NCBI GenBank assembly: GCA_016744065.1
Contig: JADGFA010000021.1
Coordinates: forward strand, 4,174 to 68,173
Source of the DNA: Gammaproteobacteria bacterium
GTDB taxonomy: Bacteria; Pseudomonadota; Gammaproteobacteria; SZUA-229
DNA: 64,000 nucleotides
Direction: 5' to 3'
Below are positions 30,367 to 40,096 of the stretch, one piece after another. Both the position numbers and the translations under genes were made by a program. The notes under the pieces were generated by a model. The model was not told the origin of the DNA. It saw only the letters and a list, made by a program, of their open reading frames with translations, and did not search any database. The first letter of the stretch is position 1, and each line of letters begins with the position of its first letter.

Positions 30367-30720
30367 ATGGCAGCAGGCGGCGCTCCAAGACAAGGTATAC
30401 TTTCATTAACGATTAAAGATAAAGCAGCACTTTATGCCGCTTATATGCCCTTTGTTGAGAATGGAGGGCTGTTTATTCCAACTAATAAATCATATGGGTT
30501 GGGTGAAGAGGTTTTTATGTTATTAACGCTTATGGATAGTAAAGAGCGTTTACCGGTTGCAGGTAAAATTGTCTGGATTACGCCTACCGGTGCCCAGGGT
30601 AATAAATCAACGGGTATTGGTGTGCAGTTTGGGCCACAGGATAATGGTCAGACCAGAACTAAAATAGAAACTTATCTTGCTGGTGCCCTGAAGTCAGATC
30701 GAACCACACATACCATGTAA
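30367..30720 (+). CDS. pilZ: type IV pilus assembly protein PilZ
   Basis: GILSLTIKDKAALYAAYMPFVENGGLFIPTNK...VAGKIVWITPTGAQGN...IETYLAGALKSDRTTHTM is nearly collinear with P. aeruginosa PilZ. The holB-pilZ-tatD order matches Pseudomonas. Confidence 0.9.
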   Translation: MAAGGAPRQGILSLTIKDKAALYAAYMPFVENGGLFIPTNKSYGLGEEVFMLLTLMDSKERLPVAGKIVWITPTGAQGNKSTGIGVQFGPQDNGQTRTKIETYLAGALKSDRTTHTM

Positions 30721-30805
30721 ATAAAATTATTAAATGGTAAATTAAAAGGCTGCTTAGCAGGCACTGCATTTACGCTTTAAGACCTATAATCCAAGACTCT
30801 CTTTT

Positions 30806-31591
30806 ATGTTTTATGATTCCCATTGTCATCTGGATCGCATTGATCTAAAAGATTTTAATAATAACTTTTCAGAACTTCTGGAGACCATACAGCAGGCTAA
30901 GGTTGAGCGCATGCTGTGTGTGTCGATCAGCCTTGATGAATATCCCGCAATGAAATCTCTGGTACAGGATAGAGATTATATTGATATTTCTGTAGGTGTG
31001 CATCCCTGTGATACCCAGAGTAATACCGTTAAACTCCAGCAGTTAATTGAGTTGGGCTCAGACCCTAAAGTTGTTGCTATTGGTGAAACAGGGCTGGATT
31101 ATTATTATTCAAAAGACACACGAGAGCAGCAACTATCCAGTTTTAAAGTACATATGCGGGCAGCGAATGAGCTGAAAAAACCGGTTATTATTCATACCCG
31201 GGATGCACGGCAGGACACGCTGGATATTTTAAAAAAAGAAAACGTGGCTAATTGCGGTGGTGTCCTGCATTGCTTTACAGAAAGCTGGGATATGGCTCGT
31301 CAGGCGCTGGATATGGGGATGTATATATCATTTTCCGGTATTGTTACTTTTGGTAATGCAGACGCGCTTCGGGAAGTCGCCCGGCAGGTGCCAGATGAGC
31401 GGTTTTTGATTGAAACAGATTCACCCTATCTGGCTCCGGTACCACATCGGGGTAAGCAGAATCATCCCGGTTGGGTAGGGCATGTAGCTGAATGCCTGGC
31501 CGAAGTGCGGGGCAGCACGGTAGAGCATATCGCGCAGCAGAGTAAAGTTAATTATCTGCGGCTATTTGACACATCGTTAAGCCGTATTTAA
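30806..31591 (+). CDS. TatD-family metal-dependent DNase/hydrolase
   Basis: DSHCHLD start, GETGLDYY, IHTRDA and ETDSPYL motifs. Confidence 0.9.
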   Translation: MFYDSHCHLDRIDLKDFNNNFSELLETIQQAKVERMLCVSISLDEYPAMKSLVQDRDYIDISVGVHPCDTQSNTVKLQQLIELGSDPKVVAIGETGLDYYYSKDTREQQLSSFKVHMRAANELKKPVIIHTRDARQDTLDILKKENVANCGGVLHCFTESWDMARQALDMGMYISFSGIVTFGNADALREVARQVPDERFLIETDSPYLAPVPHRGKQNHPGWVGHVAECLAEVRGSTVEHIAQQSKVNYLRLFDTSLSRI

Positions 31592-31646
31592 GCATCTATT
31601 AATATGTTACAATCTCCGCCTGTTTGGTTTAACTGGTTAATATAAT

Positions 31647-32147
31647 ATGAAGTTTGATATTTCATCAATAGACATTAAAAAAGCCCGTGTTCCCCATGAA
31701 GTGTTTTTAACAAATTTAATCTTCAATCATGTTCTTGTCTTTGTTGCCATTATGAGTGCGAGCTCTTTAACCCATCTTATTGTTGTTATCCCTGTATTTT
31801 CTGTGATTAGCCTGGTGTATTTGTTCTGGGGCGCGCAGCGAGCTAAAACACGGGCAAGCTGGTATGTGAATGCCCATTGGCAAATTGCGGCACGGCGTAG
31901 TCGTTTCTTTCTTCTAATGCTAACTATTATGGGCAGCATATTTGCAATTATTTATATGTTTTCTGGTGGTGATATGAAGCCCCAGCACTGGGCTTTTGGG
32001 GGCGCAGCCTTTTTACCAACAATGGTTAGCGTGCTTGGCCTGATTATTTTTGAATCCGAATCATTGCATCAGGCAAAAAATGCCATGTTACCCGATTGGG
32101 TTAGTGAGCGCTTTCCTGAAAATGCACCTGAAGCTATCCCTGAGTAA
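31647..32147 (+). CDS. hypothetical integral membrane protein
   Basis: 166 aa with about four hydrophobic helices. No family recognised. Confidence 0.5.
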   Translation: MKFDISSIDIKKARVPHEVFLTNLIFNHVLVFVAIMSASSLTHLIVVIPVFSVISLVYLFWGAQRAKTRASWYVNAHWQIAARRSRFFLLMLTIMGSIFAIIYMFSGGDMKPQHWAFGGAAFLPTMVSVLGLIIFESESLHQAKNAMLPDWVSERFPENAPEAIPE

Positions 32148-32156
32148 ATATAAAAT

Positions 32157-32843
32157 ATGGGTAAGCATGCTTTTTTAAGTGTATTGGGTTTTACGGTTCT
32201 GACTTTGATTCTGGGTGTGTATTTATCCTCTTTTAGTGAAAGGGAAGTTAGCCATAGTGGGCTTCCCTGGCAAATAGAAAATCTGCAATCAGGCCATGTC
32301 CGTGTTTTTAATTTAGTCATCGGCCAGTCTACGCTGGATGATGCGGAACAGTTGTATAAAGAACGATCTGAAATTACATTATTTGCACCACCTGAATCTG
32401 CTGCGGTGATTGAAGCTTTTTTTAGTCAGGTTAAAATAGCCGGTCTTAAATCTAAAATGGTTATGTCGATTGATGTATCGGCAGAAGACATTCAGGCTAT
32501 ATTTGATCGTGGTGCACGTATTTCAACACTAGAAAGTGGTGTACGGCAGGTTACATTATCGGATGAAGATGCAGAGACAGTACGTCAGTCTGTTATTTCA
32601 TCAATAACCTATTTACCCTCGATACACCTGGATGCCGAGTTAATTGTAAATCGCTTTGGCAAGCCAGCTGAAAAGTTACAGGATACAGAAAGTGACGCCA
32701 TTCACTGGATATACCCTGATAAAGGCATCGATATAGCGCTTAGTGCGGCAGAAAAAGAAGTTATACAATATGTGCTGCCTGAAAACTTTAATGGGCTTGT
32801 AGAGCCGCTAAGGGCGAGTGTTAGTAAAAATAATAATAATTGA
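32157..32843 (+). CDS. hypothetical protein with an N-terminal membrane anchor
   Basis: 228-aa ORF starting 10 nt after the preceding stop, with one N-terminal hydrophobic helix. No family recognised. Confidence 0.5.
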   Translation: MGKHAFLSVLGFTVLTLILGVYLSSFSEREVSHSGLPWQIENLQSGHVRVFNLVIGQSTLDDAEQLYKERSEITLFAPPESAAVIEAFFSQVKIAGLKSKMVMSIDVSAEDIQAIFDRGARISTLESGVRQVTLSDEDAETVRQSVISSITYLPSIHLDAELIVNRFGKPAEKLQDTESDAIHWIYPDKGIDIALSAAEKEVIQYVLPENFNGLVEPLRASVSKNNNN

Positions 32844-32965
32844 AATTATAGCGTGTCTTTTTGTCTGTCATCGTTGAATTCAATGAAGGGACTGGCAGAG
32901 TGAAATATCTGAATAGAGTATGACGCCAGGTTCTTCGGTCTGGTTCAGAGTGATATCAACTATAG

Positions 32966-33937
<972 letters not shown>

Positions 33938-34023
33938 GTTTGTTTAAAATGGATGTGGGGCCTTATTAAAATAAAAACAGATGCGGGTAACTGCTATCTG
34001 CAAATAGCTGTTATTTATAAACA

Positions 34024-34100
34024 ACTGTCATCCTGAGCGAATGCGAAGGATCTTCAATACCCGGATAGTTAAATTTTTCGCATTTGCTCAGAATGGCAGT
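34024..34100. repeat. palindromic repeat element, inverted orientation, one arm degenerate
   Basis: ACTGTCATCCTGAGCGAATGCGAAGGATC is identical to the 27637 copy. The centre TTCAATACCCGGATAGTTAA is the reverse complement of that copy's centre, and the far arm has decayed to ATTTTTCGCATTTGCTCAGAATGGCAGT. Confidence 0.8.
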
Positions 34101-34258
34101 TGCAAAGTCAATTAAATGCAGTGGAGTCACACTGTTTGCTTCACACTACTACTCATGTATTTAAATAAATGCTATCAGGTGTTGGTGTAGAACCTGACTC
34201 AGATTCTCTGCTTGTGCTCGCAGATTAGAGTACCAGGGGGACTTTGTTAGATATGCCC

Positions 34259-34552
34259 TTAAGTTAGTTCCGACTGGGTATAAAGTTCAAACCACTCCTC
34301 AAAGCAGGTAAGCATAGCCTGCCATTCCAAGTATGAAAAAACATATTTATTATTATCTATATCAAGAATTAATTCGTTGGTTTTGATTAACGAGTTAGCC
34401 GTTATTAATTGCTGGTAAATATTAATAGCTGAGACTCTATTCTTAAGATGTAAAATGGCAGTTACAGTATCATTTTCATAAAAAACAAGGTCAAGCTTAT
34501 CCCAGCAGTACTGACCGCTACCCATTGCTATAGTTGTTACGTATGAACTCAA
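34259..34552 (-). CDS. hypothetical protein (97 aa)
   Basis: Isolated ORF with no recognisable motifs. Coding status uncertain. Confidence 0.35.
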   Translation of the reverse strand: MSSYVTTIAMGSGQYCWDKLDLVFYENDTVTAILHLKNRVSAINIYQQLITANSLIKTNELILDIDNNKYVFSYLEWQAMLTCFEEWFELYTQSELT

Positions 34553-34833
34553 TGCGTCTTATACCAGTAAGTGTATAGCTATATTATACTAAATTTTTCC
34601 TGGAATACTTCGCTCTGCATAGAGGAAATAGTGGCAAGCTGTAGACCGTTTTCATTGTCATGATTAAAGCCTCTTTTATGCATAGCATCACCTTTATCTG
34701 TTTTTAGTTTATAAGTGCTTTAATCTGTAGGCCTGTTCATCGTTAAAATAAATCAGGTTTAATTCTCTCTGGTGAGGTTGTGGTCATTTCAGGTCCTGTA
34801 AAGTGCGCTATAGAGAGGGCTTGCTTTTTTTTA

Positions 34834-34877
34834 AATATTCTCTATTCTTTCTCTAGTGAGAAAGAATAGAGAATATT
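34834..34877. promoter_or_regulatory. 44-bp perfect palindrome abutting the lexA start codon
   Basis: AATATTCTCTATTCTTTCTC - TAGT - GAGAAAGAATAGAGAATATT. The 20-nt arms are perfectly complementary and end 3 nt before the lexA ATG, so they cover the expected RBS. Confidence 0.7.
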
Positions 34878-34880
34878 GTA

Positions 34881-35474
34881 ATGACCCATAGTCAACAGCG
34901 CACCCTGGATTTTATTCAGGCTTATATTTTGAGAAACAATCATGCACCTACTTACCCTGAAATAGCAGAAGGTATAGGTATACAGTCTCAGGGAACAGCA
35001 CATCGATATGTAAAGGCATTATTAGAAATGGGCTATTTATATAATGAAGAAGGTTCCCATCGTGGTTTGCGTTTGCCTGATAATGAAATGGGGCAGGGTA
35101 TGATGATTCCTTTATTAGGTAAAATTGCCGCGGGTCAGCCAATAGAGGCTATTGCGGGGGATGACAGCATTAATTTAAACCAGATGTTTGGTGGTGACAA
35201 TCGTTATGCCCTTAAAGTCGATGGCGAATCAATGGTTGAGTTGGGTATTTTAGATGGTGATACGGTCATTATCGAGTCATGTAATACGGCCTCAAAAGAT
35301 TCGGTTATTGTGGCACTGATAGACAGTTATGAAGTAACGTTAAAAATTTATCGCCCATTATCACATGGGCGTATTAAATTGATTCCTGCAAACTCAAGCA
35401 TGGAGCCCATGGTCTATGCGGCAGACAGGGTCCAAATACAAGGTGTTTTAGTCGGTACTCTACGGACTTATTAA
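34881..35474 (+). CDS. lexA: LexA-type S24 autopeptidase repressor
   Basis: N-terminal winged HTH (TYPEIAEGIGIQSQGTAHRYVKALLEMGYL), Ala-Gly cleavage site in LLGKIAAGQPIEA, catalytic Ser in DGESMVE and Lys in VTLKIY. 197 aa. Confidence 0.85.
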   Translation: MTHSQQRTLDFIQAYILRNNHAPTYPEIAEGIGIQSQGTAHRYVKALLEMGYLYNEEGSHRGLRLPDNEMGQGMMIPLLGKIAAGQPIEAIAGDDSINLNQMFGGDNRYALKVDGESMVELGILDGDTVIIESCNTASKDSVIVALIDSYEVTLKIYRPLSHGRIKLIPANSSMEPMVYAADRVQIQGVLVGTLRTY

Positions 35475-35538
35475 CCTTAAGCGTTAGCTACCTTACAGGT
35501 TTATAGATTCATCCTGTGGGTGTCTATATAAAAGCAGG

Positions 35539-36063
35539 TTACCTACAAATTAACCGATGAAAATAAGTACCTCTACATTTTGCACAGGGTGGGATATGAC
35601 CTGCTTTATGAAAATGCAGGTTTTCTCCGCATACATCACAAATAAGTACCCCCGGGCCGGTAATTTCACCTGTATGGTAGCGAGCATTTTCAGCATCTGC
35701 TTTGAGTTGTGCTAATTCAACGGTAGTTTGATCTGCCGCCTGTTTAAAGTGTTCATACAGGTAGTTTTCAATGATATCGGCATCAATAGACAGCCATTTC
35801 TGAAAATCCTCACCACTACTGGCCATGTAGTTAGCTGCTTCTTTAAGGTCGCGTTTCAGATAAGTTGATATTTTTTCTGCCTCTTCTTTTGTGAGTTCAT
35901 CCAGCTCTGATAATGTTTCACTGGTTTTATCAATTAGCTTGTGTAACAAGGGCTCCGCTTTCGCCTCAAGCAGTTTAAATTCTTTCATGCTCAGTTTTAA
36001 CAGATTTTCATAGGCTTCGCTCATACCCTCAGTAGGGAATGAAGCGGGGGGGTTCTTTTTCAT
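35539..36063 (-). CDS. zinc-ribbon-containing protein (DUF1451-like)
   Basis: 174 aa with a helical N-terminal part and the C-terminal CDVCGEN...CAKCRG double CxxC motif. Confidence 0.65.
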   Translation of the reverse strand: MKKNPPASFPTEGMSEAYENLLKLSMKEFKLLEAKAEPLLHKLIDKTSETLSELDELTKEEAEKISTYLKRDLKEAANYMASSGEDFQKWLSIDADIIENYLYEHFKQAADQTTVELAQLKADAENARYHTGEITGPGVLICDVCGENLHFHKAGHIPPCAKCRGTYFHRLICR

Positions 36064-36263
36064 GATATTTTCCTCATCTATTCACCCAGATACTATGCTT
36101 GAAATGGGGTTTTATTATTGATATTTAACAACGTTATTCTTAATTACAAGTTACTCTTTATAGGATATTTGCTACAGATCAAAGTAATGCCTGCTAGTGA
36201 TATAGGGCGATATAGAAGGATTATAATTACATATATAAACGACTTTTTATAAGGGGAAAGTAA

Positions 36264-37205
36264 ATGACCAGTGATGCTAATTTCACAATGCCAAAAATTT
36301 CAGCAAACAGGGAAGATCAGACTCTGAATAAATCAGTTAAAAAGCTGGGTAAAGGCAAGATATTCCCGGATGCTAATTATCCATATGATAAAAAAATGCA
36401 GCGAGGTGAATACGAGTTCCTGAAAAAAGAGTTACAGATTGAATTATTAAAAATGCAGAGTTGGGTAAAAGAAACAGGCCAGAAAATATTAATTATGTTT
36501 GAGGGGCGTGATGCAGCAGGTAAAGGAGGAACAATAAAACGTATGATGGAGCATATGAACCCACGTGGTGCACGTATTGTTGCACTGGAAAAACCGACAG
36601 AATTTGAGCAGGGACAGTGGTATTTTCAGCGCTATTTACAGCATATGCCCAGTGCAGGTGAGATAGTGATGTTAGATCGATCCTGGTATAACCGCGCTGG
36701 AGTGGAGCGGGTAATGGGGTTCTGTAAACCAGGGGAGTACCTTGAATTTATGCGTCAGGCCCCGGAGCTGGAACGAATGTTGGTGCGCAGTGGTATTAAG
36801 TTATACAAACTTTGGTTTTCAGTGAGTCGTAATGAACAATTTCGACGTTTTCAGGGGCGTAAGCAGGACCCATTGAAACAATGGAAATTAAGCCCAATTG
36901 ATATGGCATCACTGGATAAGTGGGAGGATTATACTGAGGCAAAGGAAGCTATGTTTTTTTATACAGATACAGCTGATGCGCCATGGACAGTTATAAAATC
37001 TGACTGTAAAAAACGTGCACGTATTAATGCCATGCGTTTTCTGTTAAATAAACTGGATTATCCTAATAAAAACACACTGGTTGCCCAGATACCCGATCCA
37101 TTAATTGTTGGTTCTGCAGAAACAATTTATGAAGCAGGTGAGCATACATTGGAGAAAGCGCCTGTTGTTAAGGACTTTCCAGATCAAATCTTTATGGGGA
37201 AATAG
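36264..37205 (+). CDS. ppk2: polyphosphate kinase 2
   Basis: FEGRDAAGKGGTIKR P-loop, DRSWYNRAGVERV and the lid-region motifs typical of single-domain PPK2. Confidence 0.9.
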   Translation: MTSDANFTMPKISANREDQTLNKSVKKLGKGKIFPDANYPYDKKMQRGEYEFLKKELQIELLKMQSWVKETGQKILIMFEGRDAAGKGGTIKRMMEHMNPRGARIVALEKPTEFEQGQWYFQRYLQHMPSAGEIVMLDRSWYNRAGVERVMGFCKPGEYLEFMRQAPELERMLVRSGIKLYKLWFSVSRNEQFRRFQGRKQDPLKQWKLSPIDMASLDKWEDYTEAKEAMFFYTDTADAPWTVIKSDCKKRARINAMRFLLNKLDYPNKNTLVAQIPDPLIVGSAETIYEAGEHTLEKAPVVKDFPDQIFMGK

Positions 37206-37663
37206 GTATAAATAAAAGGTAATATATCGTTATTATCCTGTTAATTAATGGCTTTAATAAGGCGACTTATGAGGTTATTGGCAGACCTTAAATCAGGCTG
37301 AATTTTGTTGTTTTATGATATTTACTCTCTCTCTGGTATTCAAGATGACTGAGGGTTGGTTTCATGTTTAATCAATGATAATTATGTTTAAATTGATACT
37401 TTATCGATCTAAAATTCAGGTTTATCGTCGAGTATATTAAAAATATGTGAAATATTTTTAATAAGCAGTTTAATGACTCGCTGCTTCATTATTAAGTAAA
37501 AACAATGAAGTATAATCTGTGCTTTCTAGAAAGAGTAAATGCTATAAATTAATTTATAAAGTATGCGCAGGAATCGACTCTTTAAATTAATGAATTATGT
37601 CTTTTGTTATAATCATAAATCTAAGTAAAATCACAATAATTAGCCTTGTTACAGAGTCATAAA

Positions 37664-38050
37664 ATGAAATATAAATTAGCTAAAAAATACCTGTTAGATA
37701 AACCTGAATCTAGAGAAGACTTTCCGTTTGGCCCTGATGTAGCAGTGTTTAAGGTTAAGAGTAAGATGTTTGCAACGCTGTCTATTAATGATAAAACGGC
37801 CAATATGAACCTAAAGTGTGAGCCAAACAGAGCAGCCGCATTGCGTGATGTATTTGAAGCGGTTATACCTGGTTATCATATGAATAAATTACATTGGAAT
37901 ACCATCATTTTAGATGGAAGTATCCCGCAAAACGAAATCAAAAATATGATTGATCATTCTTATGCACTGGTCGTAAAAGGCCTTAAAAAAGCTGAAAAAA
38001 ATGCACTGCTTTTAGCTCATTCTGAAGAAAAAATATTCAAATATCTGTAA
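37664..38050 (+). CDS. MmcQ/YjbR-family protein
   Basis: The pattern FGPDVAVFKVKSKMFATL ... PGYHMNKLHWNTIILDGSIP is typical of the YjbR fold. ATG 37664 preferred to TTG 37646. Confidence 0.75.
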   Translation: MKYKLAKKYLLDKPESREDFPFGPDVAVFKVKSKMFATLSINDKTANMNLKCEPNRAAALRDVFEAVIPGYHMNKLHWNTIILDGSIPQNEIKNMIDHSYALVVKGLKKAEKNALLLAHSEEKIFKYL

Positions 38051-38162
38051 GTTATTTAAATGTTATTTGATAAACTTAAAAAATTAGCTACAATACACAC
38101 AATCATATACCTTTTAATTAAGCGTATGAGATCCAATTTCTCTAACAACCCTGGTGTTTAAA

Positions 38163-38414
38163 ATGGCCGCAAAGAAAAGAAAAGCTAAGAAGAAAGTTGC
38201 TAAGAAGGCAAATCCGCTAGTTGCTTTAAAAGCAAAACTAGCTGAAGTAAAAGAACAGGCAAAAGCTGTTACAGCCGAAGCTAAAGAAACAGGCAAACGT
38301 GCTGATGCATTAGTTAAGAGCATGGGTGGTGCATCAGCCGCTCCTGTTGCAGCTAAAACTGCTAAGAAAAAAACAAAGAAACGTCGTAAGAAGAGTGTTG
38401 CTAAGAAGAAGTAA
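38163..38414 (+). CDS. Lys/Ala-rich histone H1-like basic protein
   Basis: 83 aa, MAAKKRKAKKKVAKK...AKTAKKKTKKRRKKSVAKKK. Extremely basic and low complexity, followed by a strong terminator. Confidence 0.6.
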   Translation: MAAKKRKAKKKVAKKANPLVALKAKLAEVKEQAKAVTAEAKETGKRADALVKSMGGASAAPVAAKTAKKKTKKRRKKSVAKKK

Positions 38415-38430
38415 TAATTAGCAAAACTTA

Positions 38431-38457
38431 AAAAAAGGGCTTTATAGCCCTTTTTTT
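38431..38457 (+). terminator. rho-independent terminator
   Basis: A6, stem AGGGCT (38436-38441) / AGCCCT (38446-38451), then T7. Confidence 0.85.
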
Positions 38458-38724
38458 ATGCCTGTAAAATAGAGGTATTGATAGCAAGTGGTACATAACA
38501 GGTCAGAACATGTTTTATAGCGCTTATTTGGGCTGTTAATACGTACTTTATATGGGTATATGAAAAAGAGTCTTTAGCATCCGGTTTTATTTATTTCTGG
38601 TGCTTTTTTGGCTTTGATTTAGATTGCTCTAGAGAGGCACTTTTATTGCTATAGTGATGGGCCTGTTTAGCGTAAATACCATTCTTGTGAATAGGGAAAA
38701 TATAAGATTAGTCAGGGAGTCATT

Positions 38725-39426
38725 TTAAAATGTTTTAGACAAGCGTCGTAATTGGACATCACGTATATATGAAATTTCACCGGTTTTCTGCATTTTTTTC
38801 AAATGTGGATAAATTAAGGGGATAAGGTGACTATTTTTTTTATGTACAAAATGATACAACTTCATTTTTTTCAATGAAGCACTCACCATTCTGATATTTC
38901 GATATCTTTTTTTGTGGATAATACTCCAGCCGGCCAGTTTAGGAACAACAACAATTTCAACCAGCCCCTTATCCAGGCGCTCAAATGCTTCCTGAGGTGT
39001 TAATACTTTTTCTACAGGTAGTTTTGCTGTCGCTATTTCTATGAATTTTGCACCTTTTATGATGGCTACTTTATGCCCCTGTAAATCATCCCACCTGTCT
39101 ATTATTAAGGAGGGATTGGTGCTGAATGCGACTGCTTCTACGGAAATGACAGAAATCGGAACCTGTCTGAGGTTGGGGTACAGTTGAGTGATTTGCTCTA
39201 TTCGTGCCAGTTCACCATCGGTTATTCCTGCATTTGACTGTTGTAGTGACTCTTCCAGGTTCAGAAAAACGGGTTGTATCTTAATTCCTGCTCTGGAATA
39301 GGCTTTTTCGAGTATTTTAGAAGATATTAACATAGCAATATTTTGCGACCCACCGGAAAACCGATAGGGTTCGGCCTGTAGTGACAGTGACAGTAGTAAT
39401 AATGCTAATATTAGTGTTTTATACAT
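38725..39426 (-). CDS. periplasmic solute-binding protein (family 3 / amino-acid ABC type), orphan
   Basis: 233 aa with a signal peptide. The overall pattern fits SBP_bac_3-like proteins. No adjacent permease or ATPase gene. Confidence 0.5.
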   Translation of the reverse strand: MYKTLILALLLLSLSLQAEPYRFSGGSQNIAMLISSKILEKAYSRAGIKIQPVFLNLEESLQQSNAGITDGELARIEQITQLYPNLRQVPISVISVEAVAFSTNPSLIIDRWDDLQGHKVAIIKGAKFIEIATAKLPVEKVLTPQEAFERLDKGLVEIVVVPKLAGWSIIHKKRYRNIRMVSASLKKMKLYHFVHKKNSHLIPLIYPHLKKMQKTGEISYIRDVQLRRLSKTF

Positions 39427-40096
39427 AAATATAGAATAGCATTTAATCTATGTGGCTGTTTTTCATATATTGGGTAATATGTGAGAGTAGGTTTAGTGAT
39501 AAATAGAAAACCAGCTATGCCCTGTCGAAAATACATGCCAAATACGGGGGATAAGGCATGTCTTTCCGGTTAAGAAAATACCTGTTTAGTGGCCATAAAA
39601 GATCAGTAGTAAAAAACCTGAGTTATTAGAAAATTATTTGTTTTATCCGTTGTGATTTAATCAGTACGTTCTATTTATTATTAAATACATTCAGAAAGTG
39701 ATGTAATCAATATTACCCAGATCAAAATATGAGCGTCATGAAACCTGGGTAGTTTTTATAGACGATTATTCTGTAAAACTATTTTGGAAAATGGCTCTTA
39801 TCAAAAAGTATATGAGTAAGTGAAAAATAGTGAAAAGACGTAAACATGGGTAAAGCATAAACAGCTTTTCAAGCTGTTTGAATACGAAGGGTCTACTCAG
39901 CGCTTCGCTTACTTGTAATTATAATCAATAGAAATGAGCCTGAAAAATTAATTTATAATGAGAGAGGCGCTGAAATGTCTCTATATTAACTTTAGATATT
40001 ATTCGCTGCGTCGTTTTGACGCGCGTCATTTTGCCACTTTTAATGTGAATTTGTCTTATATACGCTCTCAAATCGAGTTTAACTGGCACTATTTAC

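Noticed and set aside
38804-38921. Two perfect DnaA-box 9-mers (TGTGGATAA) 109 bp apart, same orientation
   Set aside because: Both lie inside a coding region. There is no cluster of four or more boxes, no AT-rich unwinding element and no adjacent dnaA/dnaN/gidA, so this is not an origin.
39881-39910. Possible degenerate fragment of the palindromic repeat (CGAAGGGTCTACTCAGCGCTTCGC)
   Set aside because: The similarity is limited to ~12 nt with ambiguous orientation. That is insufficient to call a copy.
39427-40096. Possible riboswitch or Fur box in the 670-bp spacer upstream of the TonB-dependent receptor
   Set aside because: I could not recognise a B12 box or other riboswitch core. AATTATAATCAATAGAAAT (~39916) is only a weak Fur-box resemblance in very AT-rich DNA.
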